Virus record (IMG/VR): IMGVR_UViG_3300030419_003648
Span: 1-64,000 of that record
Length of the DNA: 64,000 bases
Reading direction: 5' to 3' (one strand)
From: a virus
The notes under the pieces are model-generated. The model searched no databases, was not told the DNA's origin, and saw only the letters and a list, made by a program, of their open reading frames with translations. This document shows positions 36,516-46,963 of the stretch, one piece after another. How positions within the stretch are numbered: position 1 is the first letter of the stretch; each line of letters opens with the position of its first letter. The position numbers and the translations under genes are program-made.

Positions 36516-36897
36516 TGCGGCTCAATTCATAGCCGAAATGGTTTCTATAAGAAAAGCTGAAGTCGAGAACGTAGGAAGACCAGCTTACGCTTTATGGAAT
36601 ACCAAAAAGTGGAAAAACTATTTTAAAAGCCAAGTCACTATGGCTTATAAACTTCTGAAAAAGTATAGCGACAAAGCTATCATCAATGCGCTTAATACTT
36701 ACAAATGTCGAAGGGTCTATTCTTTGCGCGTTGCATTTCTTGAACCTGTTATAAAACAGGAACAGAAGAAGTTAGATAATATCAATAGCCTAGAAATAAA
36801 AGAAAAAGAATACAAAGACTCTACCAAGTCTGCTCCAGCAAAACCTTTTGGTAAGCAAGGAAGGTTTTCAAGATTAAGGAATTTAGAAGATGAATAA
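36472..36897 (+). CDS. hypothetical protein
   Basis: 141-aa ORF upstream of recA. Confidence 0.65.
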   Translation: MDKNYKHQTTGQECNAAQFIAEMVSIRKAEVENVGRPAYALWNTKKWKNYFKSQVTMAYKLLKKYSDKAIINALNTYKCRRVYSLRVAFLEPVIKQEQKKLDNINSLEIKEKEYKDSTKSAPAKPFGKQGRFSRLRNLEDE

Positions 36898-37957
36898 TGC
36901 AGTATTAAAAAACATAAGCAAGAAGTATGGAAACATTTTGGTTAATGGCGCTGAGGTTTTTGAAGAACTGCGCGACATGCAAGTCATTCCGGTAAGTCCG
37001 TCACTAGACTATGCTCTAGGAGGGGGTTTCCGTGAGGGAACTTGGGTTCAAATGATTGGCGATCCAAAGTCTGGTAAAACTACAACAGCGCTTCAATTTG
37101 CTGCGAACTGTCAAAAAAAGGAATATGGTGAAAGACCGATATTCTATGTCAATGTTGAAGGCAGATTGAGTACAAAAAACTTTGAAGGTGTTCATGGTTT
37201 AGATGCTAGTAAAATTACGGTTGTTCAATCTGAAGGAGAGCCTCTAAGTGCTGAGCAATATTTAGGAGCTGTAGAAAAATTAGTCAAAGCTCATCCAAAA
37301 TGTGTTGTAATTATTGATTCAATATCTAGCTTGATAGCTCAAAAAGATTTAGACGAAGAAGTAAGAGGCGACTATAGGCCGGGAGTTCCTAAGATACTTT
37401 CTAATTTCTGTAAGAAGATGAGCAGTGTAGTTCCTAAGCAAAGGGCTGTAGTGATAATGATCACTCACTTTATTGCTAACACTGGAGGAATGGGCAAGAA
37501 GAAAGTTGCAGATGGAGGCGTAAAGGTTCGCTATCAAGCAGACACTATTTTAGAGATTGCTTGGATTCAAGCGTGGAAAGAAAAAACTGACGGCAGGCAG
37601 ATCGGACAGGCTTTGCATTGGAAAGTTGTCACTTCTGCTTTGGGTGGCTTTGTAGGCGCTGAGGCTATTGGCTGGCTTCGTTATGGAATTGGTATTGATT
37701 ACAAGCAAGAACTTTTTGACCAAGCAAATGACTTTGATTTAATCTCTGCTGCTGGAGCTTGGTATACTTGCGACTTTTTACTGGACAATACAAAGCCCAT
37801 CAAAAAACTTTTGGAGGCAGAAGGTATAGACCCAGAAGACGAAGAGAAGCTTGCAAAGTTCGTTAAGTTTCAAGGACAACAACGACTAAAAGACTTCTTA
37901 GACCAAAACGATCTTTGGCCTGCATTACAAGAGTCTTTGAAGGAGATGTTGTTTTGA
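36890..37957 (+). CDS. recA: RecA/UvsX-like recombinase
   Basis: SLDYALGGG, GDPKSGKTT, IIDSISSL, GGVKVRY, GID, AGAWY. Confidence 0.9.
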   Translation: MNNAVLKNISKKYGNILVNGAEVFEELRDMQVIPVSPSLDYALGGGFREGTWVQMIGDPKSGKTTTALQFAANCQKKEYGERPIFYVNVEGRLSTKNFEGVHGLDASKITVVQSEGEPLSAEQYLGAVEKLVKAHPKCVVIIDSISSLIAQKDLDEEVRGDYRPGVPKILSNFCKKMSSVVPKQRAVVIMITHFIANTGGMGKKKVADGGVKVRYQADTILEIAWIQAWKEKTDGRQIGQALHWKVVTSALGGFVGAEAIGWLRYGIGIDYKQELFDQANDFDLISAAGAWYTCDFLLDNTKPIKKLLEAEGIDPEDEEKLAKFVKFQGQQRLKDFLDQNDLWPALQESLKEMLF

Positions 37958-38376
37958 AGGCGTTAGGTTTTGATGGCCGTGAAAGAAATTGGAACCTGAC
38001 AAAATGTGTTGTTATGGGGGATCAAAAAAGACCTCGAAGTAAATTGCATATTTTGGCAAGAAAGTTACTCCGTGAACAGTTTCCTTATGATACAATTCTT
38101 GAGGAAGTTCCACTTCCCGGCTCTCACAAGCCATCTAGGAAATCTACTTTGTATGTGGATTTTTTTGTACCTTCCTACTCTCTAGCCGTAGAGGTTCATG
38201 GTAGGCAGCATTTTGAGTTCGTCGCTCACTTTCATGGCAACAAGCAAGGATTCAGAAAATCCAAAGCTAGAGATCGTGACAAATCAAATTGGCTCAAAAA
38301 CAATGACATAGACTTAATCGTTCTAAGTTATTCAGGAACTGAAGATGAATGGAGAGAATCAATTATCAATAGATAA
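37954..38376 (+). CDS. Vsr/DUF559-like endonuclease
   Basis: VDFFVP..LAVEVHGRQH..RDRDK; TTG start with AAGGAG. Confidence 0.72.
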   Translation: MKALGFDGRERNWNLTKCVVMGDQKRPRSKLHILARKLLREQFPYDTILEEVPLPGSHKPSRKSTLYVDFFVPSYSLAVEVHGRQHFEFVAHFHGNKQGFRKSKARDRDKSNWLKNNDIDLIVLSYSGTEDEWRESIINR

Positions 38377-38824
38377 GCTGGAAGAGTTTATTCAAAACAT
38401 TGATAATTACATGTCGGACGTTATTTCCGTAGAACCAAACCCAGAGGTAGAAAAGATATTAAACTTATCTTCCTTTGAATTGAAGAGTTTGACTTCGGAA
38501 GAATGTTGCGAAAAAGCATATGCGATATTCAATTACTGCAACTTCTTACAGAAGAAGCATAACAAAGAATTAGCTAGGCTTAAATGGTGTAATGAATTTA
38601 TATCACATGTAGTTGCAAGCAAATCTCATCACTTTGATAAATTCACGAAATGGGAAGTCAAAGTAAACTGTGTAATAAGAGAAGATGAACTTACACAGAA
38701 GGTTTGGAGAGTAAAGCGAATAGTTGAAGGCAATGTTACAGCCTCCACAGACATCATTAGAGATGTCAGAAGACAGGCCGATACATTGCTTGAATTGAGT
38801 AGGAAGAAATATAGTAGAGGATAA
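38345..38824 (+). CDS. helical hypothetical protein (possible recombination mediator)
   Basis: 159-aa ORF; context only. Confidence 0.55.
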   Translation: MNGENQLSIDKLEEFIQNIDNYMSDVISVEPNPEVEKILNLSSFELKSLTSEECCEKAYAIFNYCNFLQKKHNKELARLKWCNEFISHVVASKSHHFDKFTKWEVKVNCVIREDELTQKVWRVKRIVEGNVTASTDIIRDVRRQADTLLELSRKKYSRG

Positions 38825-38825
38825 A

Positions 38826-39284
38826 ATGTCACCACTAGAACTTATAAAAAATGGAATTTTAGAAAATGATTTTCAAAAAGTTATTCAAGGCTATGAAGCC
38901 CTCACAGGAGAAGACCTCTCTTCAATCAGAGGAGAAGATCCAACAACCTCAAGAGAAGAAAGCACCAGCGACCAATCAGAGGAAGTGCGGAGGCCACAAG
39001 TGCCGGTGCGGTCGTCGGAGTTAGACTTCACAGTCCAAAGAGATGAACTCCCGAATGGAAAGTTTGGAAGAAAAGAATCAATACAAGTAGGCGCAAATCA
39101 ATTTGTGGATGATGGATCTGAGTCGCAGGGAAAAGAGTTTGATACTCCAAAAGTTGAACCAACCCCAAGACGAAGCCCAGTAAAAATGATAGAAGTTGTT
39201 TGCAACGCATGTGGAGCTAAGGAAGAGATAAATCCAAAATATAAAACTGGTAGCTATCATCGTTGCGGGAAGTGTGTAGGTTAA
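38826..39284 (+). CDS. hypothetical protein with C-terminal Zn ribbon
   Basis: CNACG..CGKC. Confidence 0.6.
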   Translation: MSPLELIKNGILENDFQKVIQGYEALTGEDLSSIRGEDPTTSREESTSDQSEEVRRPQVPVRSSELDFTVQRDELPNGKFGRKESIQVGANQFVDDGSESQGKEFDTPKVEPTPRRSPVKMIEVVCNACGAKEEINPKYKTGSYHRCGKCVG

Positions 39285-40762
39285 TGGAAAATTTAAAAGA
39301 TTTAGTAGCAGAAAAGTCTGTTTTGGCTGGAGTAATTCAGCACGGCGAAGAAGTATATTACGATATAAAACATGTTGTTAAGGTGTCATCTTTTACAGAA
39401 GAAGATAATATCGTATTGTGGACAACGCTGGAGAGGTTATTTGATTCATCTGAGTCAGTTGACTATCCAACCCTGTGTACAAATGCCCCATCTCTTGAGA
39501 TGTTTAGCAAGTATATACCGAAGGAAAAGTACAACAAACTACGGAATACGGAAATAAGCCTTAAGAACACAAAGCTGGCAGCGGCTAGAGTTTTTAAGTT
39601 TGAAGCCGCTAGAGAAGCATACGCTGCCACTGTTGAAATGCAAAGAAAGCTAAAATCTATTGAGGGAAAAGAATCTGTCAGTGAAATAGTTGGACTTGTT
39701 GAGCGTGAAGCTTTTTCAATTTCCGATAAGCTCGATGACAAACTAGATTCAAAGCCAGAGCTAATTGGTGATGATGTTATGGAACATATCCAGCATCTAA
39801 GAGACAATCCATCTGAAATGATTGGCATTAGTAGTGGCTTCACTAGATTTGATGATGCTATTGGCGGTGGTTTTCGCAGCGGTAATGTTGATTTAATAGC
39901 CGCAAGAACAAAAGTTGGTAAGAGTATGTTTGCTGACGCAGTAGCTCTGCATGTAGCTGGAGTGCTAAAAATACCAGTATTGTACTTAGATACTGAGATG
40001 CAGAAAAAAGACCACCAAAGAAGAATGCTTGCAAGCTTGAGTAACATTAAAACTAAGGATATTGAAACCTCCAAGTTTAATGAGTCTCAAGGTATGAATG
40101 AAAGAATTGATAAAGCAGGTCTCAAGATAAAGGACATGCCTTATCACTTTAAGAATATTGCCGGAAAAAAGTTTGAAGAAACAGAGTCTTTGATAAGAAG
40201 ATGGATCATCAAAGATGTCGGCTTTAACGAACAAGGTGAAACAAATCCTTGTTTAGTTATATACGATTACTTCAAGCTCACCACTTCTTCAGACATGGAC
40301 AACCTAAAAGAGTTTCAAGCTCTTGGCTACCAAATGCAAGACATGGTTAATCTTACGATTGAATACAATTTCCCTTGCTTGAGTTTTGTTCAAACTAATA
40401 GAGATGGCGAGACTAAAGAAACTCTAGAGACTATCAGTCAGTCAGATAGGCTCTCATGGTTTGCGAGTAGTATTACGATCTTCAAGAAAAAATCATCTGA
40501 TGAAATGGCTGAAGATGCAGGTGCTAGTGGGAATAGAAAGTTAATACCAGTTGCTTCAAGGTATGGTGGTGGACTGGAAGACTTTGATTATATCAATGTA
40601 AATCTTTTTGGAGACTACTCTAGAGTTGAAGAGGGGCTGACTAAAAATGAACTAGTCCTAGCCTCTAAAAAACAAAAAGAGGGATTTGAAAATACAGTTG
40701 GCGATGAACAACAAGAGTTCAAGCCAGAAAAAGAAATTGAAGATGAAGGAAAACCATTTTGA
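39284..40762 (+). CDS. dnaB: DnaB-like replicative helicase
   Basis: AEKSVL, GISSGF..D, AARTKVGKS, LDTEM, IYDY, VQTNR, SRYG. Confidence 0.9.
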   Translation: MENLKDLVAEKSVLAGVIQHGEEVYYDIKHVVKVSSFTEEDNIVLWTTLERLFDSSESVDYPTLCTNAPSLEMFSKYIPKEKYNKLRNTEISLKNTKLAAARVFKFEAAREAYAATVEMQRKLKSIEGKESVSEIVGLVEREAFSISDKLDDKLDSKPELIGDDVMEHIQHLRDNPSEMIGISSGFTRFDDAIGGGFRSGNVDLIAARTKVGKSMFADAVALHVAGVLKIPVLYLDTEMQKKDHQRRMLASLSNIKTKDIETSKFNESQGMNERIDKAGLKIKDMPYHFKNIAGKKFEETESLIRRWIIKDVGFNEQGETNPCLVIYDYFKLTTSSDMDNLKEFQALGYQMQDMVNLTIEYNFPCLSFVQTNRDGETKETLETISQSDRLSWFASSITIFKKKSSDEMAEDAGASGNRKLIPVASRYGGGLEDFDYINVNLFGDYSRVEEGLTKNELVLASKKQKEGFENTVGDEQQEFKPEKEIEDEGKPF

Positions 40763-41838
40763 TGGCAAAAAAGAGAACTAACGAACAGTTAAAAAGACTG
40801 TCTGACGAATTAGCTCTTAAACCGGAAAAGTTGCACCCTATTGGAATATTCATCTCTGAGACTGGGCATTTGCCCTGCCCAATTCATGGAGGTGATAATC
40901 CTCAAGGTTGTTCAGTGGTTCTAGATCCAGACAGTCCTTACTTTGGCACTTACACCTGCTGGACTGGAAACAAAGAAACTGGTCGCAAGTGCCACGAAGT
41001 TTATAGAAACTCAATGATTGGCTTGGTCAGAGGGAAATTGTCATATGATGCTGGTCATGATGTTGGGTTCAACAAAGCCTTTGAAGTGTGCTTGAAACTT
41101 GTAGACTTGGACGAAGACTACCTAAGAAAAAATGCAACTAAGTTCAAAGCTCTTAGCGAACAAGAAAAGATTGACAGGATAAAAGAAAAAAAAGAAGAAA
41201 GGCTCAAACAAGCAAATCATAGAGAGCTGGTCAGAAAGAGCTTGAAGATGCCTTCAAAATATTTTGTTGACAGAGGGTACTCAGAAAAGGTCTTAGACTA
41301 TTTCGACATAGGGACATCTAATCATCCTAAAAGCACCATGAAAGGACGCTCGATTGTGCCTGTGTATGACGACGATGAACCTTTGATGGTAGGTTTTTTA
41401 GGAAGATGGAATGGTGATGATTATGACGAAAGAGGAGTTCCAAAATGGAAAAACAATTATGGATTTGCTAAGAGTCAATATCTTTATGGGTTTTATCAGA
41501 ACAAAGAAGATATAGTAAGAACAAAGACGGTAGTTTTAGTCGAGGGGCAAGGCGACGTATGGAGGTTATGGGAAGCTGGTATCAGAAATGCAGTTGGGCT
41601 GTTTGGAACTAGCTTATCAGCCGCTCAGTTATTCACATTAAGAACTGCATGTATAGTTAACCTAGTCGTTATACTTGATAATGATCCGGCAGGAATCATC
41701 GCTAGAGAAAAAATCAACACAACCTGTAGTAACATATTCAATATCATCAATATTGAAACAAGTAGTAACGATGTTGGCGATATGACAATCCAAGAAATTA
41801 ATGAACAAATAAAACCCAATCTTGAAGGACTCATTTAA
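40759..41838 (+). CDS. dnaG: DnaG-like primase (Zn finger + TOPRIM)
   Basis: CPIHGGDN..C..C, GFLGR, PKWKN, VEGQGDV, LDNDPAG. Confidence 0.9.
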   Translation: MMAKKRTNEQLKRLSDELALKPEKLHPIGIFISETGHLPCPIHGGDNPQGCSVVLDPDSPYFGTYTCWTGNKETGRKCHEVYRNSMIGLVRGKLSYDAGHDVGFNKAFEVCLKLVDLDEDYLRKNATKFKALSEQEKIDRIKEKKEERLKQANHRELVRKSLKMPSKYFVDRGYSEKVLDYFDIGTSNHPKSTMKGRSIVPVYDDDEPLMVGFLGRWNGDDYDERGVPKWKNNYGFAKSQYLYGFYQNKEDIVRTKTVVLVEGQGDVWRLWEAGIRNAVGLFGTSLSAAQLFTLRTACIVNLVVILDNDPAGIIAREKINTTCSNIFNIINIETSSNDVGDMTIQEINEQIKPNLEGLI

Positions 41839-42596
41839 TGACTAATATACTTGGACTATCTGGTCATAAACAAAGCGGCAAAAGCACATGTGCTAAATTT
41901 TTACATGGCTACCAACTACGATTCAACGATGTAGTTGAAAAATTCTTAATGGACGAAGATGGAAATTTAATAGTCAATGCTACCCAATTAAATGAACGAG
42001 GAGAAGAAGTAGAAGGCTTTGGATTCTTGGATGTTGAGCGTAGAGATGAAGAATTTATTGAGTATGCTAGTCGAACTGTTTGGCCTTTTGTTCGCTCTTT
42101 CAGTTTTGCTGATCCTCTGAAATCAATCTCAATACAATTATTTGGATTGTCAGATGAACAATGCTTTGGTTCTGATGAGGACAAAAACACACCCATTAAT
42201 GTTAAGTGGGAAAACATGCCGGACGCAGGAGATAAGTCTGGGTTTATGACCGCTAGAGAATTTTTACAGTATTTTGGTACTGATATTTGCCGAAAAATAA
42301 AAGATGACATCTGGACAAGTTCTTGCATCCGTAGGATACTTTCCAGTGGGACTGATCTAGCAATAATACCTGATGTCAGATTTCCAAACGAAGTGGAAGA
42401 AATTCAAAAGGCTGGCGGCAAAGTAATCAGGTTAACACGGAAGCCACACGAAGATTGTCACCCCAGCGAGACAGCTCTGGATGACTATGACGGTTTTGAC
42501 CGTGTTATAAACAACGAAGAATTAGATATTGACCAGACTAACATAGAATTGATGAACGTGCTAAGGGAGTGGCAATGGCTACAAACAAAATCGTAA
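41838..42596 (+). CDS. deoxynucleoside monophosphate kinase
   Basis: GHKQSGKST, FADPLK, REFLQYFGT, DVRFPNE, HPSE. Confidence 0.88.
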   Translation: MTNILGLSGHKQSGKSTCAKFLHGYQLRFNDVVEKFLMDEDGNLIVNATQLNERGEEVEGFGFLDVERRDEEFIEYASRTVWPFVRSFSFADPLKSISIQLFGLSDEQCFGSDEDKNTPINVKWENMPDAGDKSGFMTAREFLQYFGTDICRKIKDDIWTSSCIRRILSSGTDLAIIPDVRFPNEVEEIQKAGGKVIRLTRKPHEDCHPSETALDDYDGFDRVINNEELDIDQTNIELMNVLREWQWLQTKS

Positions 42597-43180
42597 GAAT
42601 AGACTGGGATGACAGAATGGTAACTCGCGCCCAGAATAAAGCCAAAAAACTAGGCAAAATAAAGAATTCAATCCTGAGAGGTGGTGGCAATGCCGCTGGA
42701 TACTTAGGGGAAGAAGCTGTCGCGTCCTACATCGGGGCAAATATCACTAGCTGTGACAAAGGATCGGATAAATACGATTACGATATTGTTGCTAGAGATG
42801 GCCGTAGGATAGAAATCAAAACTAAAAGAAGAACTGTTTCTTGTATTGATGGCGATGGAAATGATCGAGGCAACTACGAAGTGTCAGTTGCCAAGACTAG
42901 CGTTCATCAAAGACCAGACCTATACATTTTCGTTAATATTCATTTTGAATTAATCGAATACAACTTCGTTAATGGTCGAAAAGTGAAGCAGTACAAGAAG
43001 ATTAAAAACATTGAAATACTAGGTCAGATGGAGCCGGAAGATTATTTCGCTGAGGCTTGGCTAGTACAAAAAGGCGATCATGACCCTAGCAATGATTTTA
43101 CAGCGCACGCAGATATGTACAATCTCTATATAAAAGATTTGGAACCGTTAGATGATAGTTTGTTACCACAGGAGCAGTAG
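42569..43180 (+). CDS. PD-(D/E)xK endonuclease-like protein
   Basis: GEEAV..YD..IEIKTK..DLYIFV. Confidence 0.65.
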   Translation: MAMATNKIVRIDWDDRMVTRAQNKAKKLGKIKNSILRGGGNAAGYLGEEAVASYIGANITSCDKGSDKYDYDIVARDGRRIEIKTKRRTVSCIDGDGNDRGNYEVSVAKTSVHQRPDLYIFVNIHFELIEYNFVNGRKVKQYKKIKNIEILGQMEPEDYFAEAWLVQKGDHDPSNDFTAHADMYNLYIKDLEPLDDSLLPQEQ

Positions 43181-44174
43181 TCTTGGAACATTAGAGTTCT
43201 GTCAGCAAAAATACTTTTTGCAGTATAACCTTTCGTTCAAAGATAAGACCAATCCAAAAGCCTTAATGGGTACGATTACCCATAAGGTGATGCAGACTCT
43301 TGGAGACAAGAAAGTTGCAATGAACAAAGGTCTTGACATCGTAGAAGACGAAGAAACAGGAAGGAACCTAACGCTAGAAGAATGTGACGATCTTGAACTT
43401 CTCAACAACATAGCGTTTGACTATTACACTAACGCCTTTCCAGAAGTAAAGATTGGTGACAAAGAAAGAAGGCAATGTCTTCGCTGGGCTGAAAAAGCGA
43501 TAGCTTTTAAAGACGGAATGCTAGACCCTAGAAACCAAGATGTATTTGCTACTGAACTCTTTTTTGACATCGAGATAAAGAAGCCTTGGGCTAAATACAA
43601 ATATGAGTTTGAAGATCAAACAATCGAAGGCTATTTATCTATTAAGGGAACTGTTGACCTTATATTAGATCAGGGCAATGGCTTCTTTGAAATACTTGAT
43701 TATAAAACTGGAAGACGTTTGGATTGGGCTACCGGAGAAGAAAAGACTTACGAAAAGCTACAAAAAGATAAACAGCTTTTGCTTTATTATTACGCTCTGA
43801 AGAATATGTATCCTGACAAAGAATTTTCAGTAAGTATATATTATATCAACGACGGTGGATTATTTTCTATGGTCTTTGACGAAGAAGACTATGAGGATGC
43901 GGAAGAGATACTTCGTAAAAAATTTGAACAAATAAGAAGTATACAACAACCAAGACTACTATCAAATGAACATACTCACTGGAAGTGTCAAAAGCTATGC
44001 CTGTTTAGCAGTGAGTATGAGGATAGCGGAAAAAGTATATGTCAGCATATACGAGACGAAGTTAAAGAAAAGGGTGTAGTCAAAGTAGTTGAAGAATATG
44101 GCAAAATTGACAAGATCGCCACGTATGGAGATGGCGGCGGAAGATTGGCAGACGATAGCGATAGCAAAAAATGA
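43152..44174 (+). CDS. Cas4/AddB-like PD-(D/E)xK exonuclease with probable Fe-S cysteines
   Basis: C..KY, GTITH, GTVDL, ILDYKTG, QLLLY, C-terminal CQKLC..C. Confidence 0.82.
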   Translation: MIVCYHRSSSLGTLEFCQQKYFLQYNLSFKDKTNPKALMGTITHKVMQTLGDKKVAMNKGLDIVEDEETGRNLTLEECDDLELLNNIAFDYYTNAFPEVKIGDKERRQCLRWAEKAIAFKDGMLDPRNQDVFATELFFDIEIKKPWAKYKYEFEDQTIEGYLSIKGTVDLILDQGNGFFEILDYKTGRRLDWATGEEKTYEKLQKDKQLLLYYYALKNMYPDKEFSVSIYYINDGGLFSMVFDEEDYEDAEEILRKKFEQIRSIQQPRLLSNEHTHWKCQKLCLFSSEYEDSGKSICQHIRDEVKEKGVVKVVEEYGKIDKIATYGDGGGRLADDSDSKK

Positions 44175-46093
44175 ATTGGACACCTTTACACCTGCATAGC
44201 CATTACAGCCTCCTAGACGGCCTCTCAAAGCCTTCTCAGATAGCTTCTCGGTGTGCGAACCTTGGTTTTGAATCTTGCGCTCTAACGGATCACGGGACGA
44301 TCTCTGGCGCTGTCGCATTTTCTAAAGCAATGAGGCAAAAGAATATCAAGCCAATACTCGGTTGTGAGTTCTACCTAAGCCAGCAAGATTGCACGGTTAA
44401 GTCCGAAGAAAATAGAAAACTGAGTCATCTCTGTGTCATTGCAAAGAATAAGAAAGGTTGGGGTCAGCTTATACAGGCGACTTCAAGAAGTAACGATGAA
44501 GAAAATTTCTATTATAAGCCTCGTCTTGATCTTGATACTCTAGGTCAATACGCAGATGGAAACTTGATAGCTTTTAGCGGACATCTTGGAAGTGATTTAG
44601 CAAATGTGATTTTCACTGATATTAAATCTGGTTATCAGGCTACAACTTTAGATGAGTTCAAAAGGTATACTCATGCTGACTGGCCTGAGAGAGTTTCCAA
44701 GTTAGCTCATAGGTATCGAGATATATTTGGTAAAGATAATTTCTTCCTTGAAGTGCAATCAATAGACCAAGAGAATTCCATTGCAGCTAAGATGGTCGCT
44801 GAAGGAATGAGATATGTAGCGAATAAATACGACTTCAGAACTGTAGCTACAGCTGACTCTCACTACCCTGAACAAAAAGATGCAGGAGATCAACTTCTAC
44901 TTCTCTGCTCAGCGATGAGAACAACCCTTAGAGGTGTGAAAAAGAAAATCCAAGCCAATGAAGATGTGGCATTTTCTGGCTTTATGAAGTCAACAAATTT
45001 TCATATTCCAACATTAGAAGAAATACAATCAGTCAATTCGTCAAAAGAGATTGATACTTCTATGGAAATAGCGAGTATGTGCGAAGACTACGACATACTC
45101 GGCCAACCTATGCTCCCAGAATTTGAATGTCCTGAAAATAAATCAGAAGAAGCGCATCTAAGACAGTTGTGCCGTGATGGTTGGCGCGATAAGCTGTCTG
45201 GAATTTTGACAAAAGATCAAAAGAACGAATACACCGAAAGAATTAAAAAAGAACTTGATGTCATAAGCAGTGCTAAACTGTCTGGCTACTTCCTTATTGT
45301 CAGAGATATAGTTAACAGTGTCAGGTCTAGAAATCATATACCCGGTCCGGGAAGAGGTTCTGCTGCTGGATGCTTAGTTTCTTATCTGATTGGGATTACA
45401 CAATTAGACCCTATCAGATACGGTTTAATCTTTGAACGCTTTTATAACGCAGGAAGAAATACAGGTGGGCATGTATCGCTTCCAGATATTGATATTGACG
45501 TTCCAGCTACTAAACGAGACGAAACTATAGACTATATCAGAAGTAAATATGGTAATGATCGTGTTGGTCAAATGGTCACGTTTGGAAGGCTTCAAGGTAG
45601 AAGCGCGTTAAAAGAAGTTCTTAGAATGAATGACGCTTGTAGTTATGACGAAATGAACGCTATCACTAAAAGCCTTCCTCACGAACACGAAGTGTCTGAT
45701 CAATTAGCTGAAATGGACGAACCGTCTGTAATTCAATGGACGTTAATGAATCAGCCGGATTCACTGAAAGATTATTGCCGATTAAATGACGATGGTAATC
45801 TTGAAGGCGACTACGCCAAATTATTTGCGCAGGCCATGCGTATAGAAGGCACATTTAAATCACAAGGAAAACACGCCGCTGGAGTCGTGATCTCTTCCCA
45901 TAAACTAGATGAAGTTTGTCCAATGGTTAGAGATAAGAAAGGCGCTGAGAAGATAGCAGGGCTTGAAATGAACGACCTAGAAGCAATGGGACATGTAAAG
46001 TTTGACATTTTAGGAATTTCCCTAATGGACAAAATCATGGGGATCAGAGATAAATTGGAGGAGGACGATGACCAAGAAAACTTGGAAAGATAA
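44171..46093 (+). CDS. dnaE: DNA polymerase III alpha, N-terminal part (PHP + palm/thumb)
   Basis: HLHSHYSLLDG, LTDHG, GCEFY, DSHY, GPGRGSAAG, FERF, PDIDID, HAAGVV, KFDILG; ends there. Confidence 0.93.
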   Translation: MNWTPLHLHSHYSLLDGLSKPSQIASRCANLGFESCALTDHGTISGAVAFSKAMRQKNIKPILGCEFYLSQQDCTVKSEENRKLSHLCVIAKNKKGWGQLIQATSRSNDEENFYYKPRLDLDTLGQYADGNLIAFSGHLGSDLANVIFTDIKSGYQATTLDEFKRYTHADWPERVSKLAHRYRDIFGKDNFFLEVQSIDQENSIAAKMVAEGMRYVANKYDFRTVATADSHYPEQKDAGDQLLLLCSAMRTTLRGVKKKIQANEDVAFSGFMKSTNFHIPTLEEIQSVNSSKEIDTSMEIASMCEDYDILGQPMLPEFECPENKSEEAHLRQLCRDGWRDKLSGILTKDQKNEYTERIKKELDVISSAKLSGYFLIVRDIVNSVRSRNHIPGPGRGSAAGCLVSYLIGITQLDPIRYGLIFERFYNAGRNTGGHVSLPDIDIDVPATKRDETIDYIRSKYGNDRVGQMVTFGRLQGRSALKEVLRMNDACSYDEMNAITKSLPHEHEVSDQLAEMDEPSVIQWTLMNQPDSLKDYCRLNDDGNLEGDYAKLFAQAMRIEGTFKSQGKHAAGVVISSHKLDEVCPMVRDKKGAEKIAGLEMNDLEAMGHVKFDILGISLMDKIMGIRDKLEEDDDQENLER

Positions 46094-46286
46094 AATTCGG
46101 GACAAAATTCAAAACGGAAGATACGAAGAATACAAAGGTCTTTCCATTTGCAAAATAAACGATTTCTACCAACCAATGAACCGGAAGGTAAGATACCAAG
46201 TCCACTCGTATCGTTTCAGCGGACTTTTTGAAGATATTGAAGAAGCATTGGATAAATTTTTTGAGATTAAGAGGAAAATAAGATGA
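46068..46286 (+). CDS. small hypothetical protein between the dnaE fragments
   Basis: GGAGG RBS; 72 aa. Confidence 0.6.
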   Translation: MTKKTWKDKIRDKIQNGRYEEYKGLSICKINDFYQPMNRKVRYQVHSYRFSGLFEDIEEALDKFFEIKRKIR

Positions 46287-46963
46287 ATTACAAAGACATT
46301 ATTGTTTTTGACTTTGAAACAGGTTCTAGGAATCCGCACAAAACACAACCAGTCCAGATCGCAGCTGTAGCGATTCACGGAAGAAAGCTGACCATTCAGC
46401 CTGACGGAGAGTTTAACAGTCTTATCAGGCCAGTGCTGGACGATGAAGAGGCCATAAAGCTAGGATTAGACCCTATTGAAGACGAAGCCTTAGCTGTGAA
46501 TGGAAAGACCAGAGAAGAGCTTGCCAAAGCTCCTCAACCAAAAGTGGTTTGGGATAAGTTTGCAAATTTTGTAAACAGGTACAATTTCAAAAAAACACCT
46601 TATTATGCCCCAATCGCTGCTGGATACAACATAATCGGCTTCGATCTGCCGATAGTACAAAGGATGTGTGAAAAATATGGGCCAGTTGACAAGAAAACTG
46701 GTCAGCAAACACTCTTCAATAAAATTCACAAAGTTGATATGCTTGATATTGTCTGGATGTGGATGGAGAATAATGCCGATGTTAAATCTCTGAGCATGGA
46801 TTCAATGCGTGATTTACTAGGTATGTCTAAAGAAAATGCGCATGACGCTTTGCAGGACGTTAAGGATACAGCTTTGATGATGATATCCTTCATGAAATTC
46901 CACCGAAAAATTGCACCAAAAGTAAAATTTGAGAAAGCCTTTGCAGATGGCCGAGACTTTTAA
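46283..46963 (+). CDS. DEDDh 3'-5' exonuclease (DnaQ-like)
   Basis: FDFETG, YNIIGFD, HDALQDV. Confidence 0.9.
   Translation: MNYKDIIVFDFETGSRNPHKTQPVQIAAVAIHGRKLTIQPDGEFNSLIRPVLDDEEAIKLGLDPIEDEALAVNGKTREELAKAPQPKVVWDKFANFVNRYNFKKTPYYAPIAAGYNIIGFDLPIVQRMCEKYGPVDKKTGQQTLFNKIHKVDMLDIVWMWMENNADVKSLSMDSMRDLLGMSKENAHDALQDVKDTALMMISFMKFHRKIAPKVKFEKAFADGRDF

Noticed and set aside
7145-39557. Nested + strand alternative-frame ORFs (7145, 9645, 10338, 25057, 39372)
   Set aside because: Fully inside longer genes, no motifs or clear RBS
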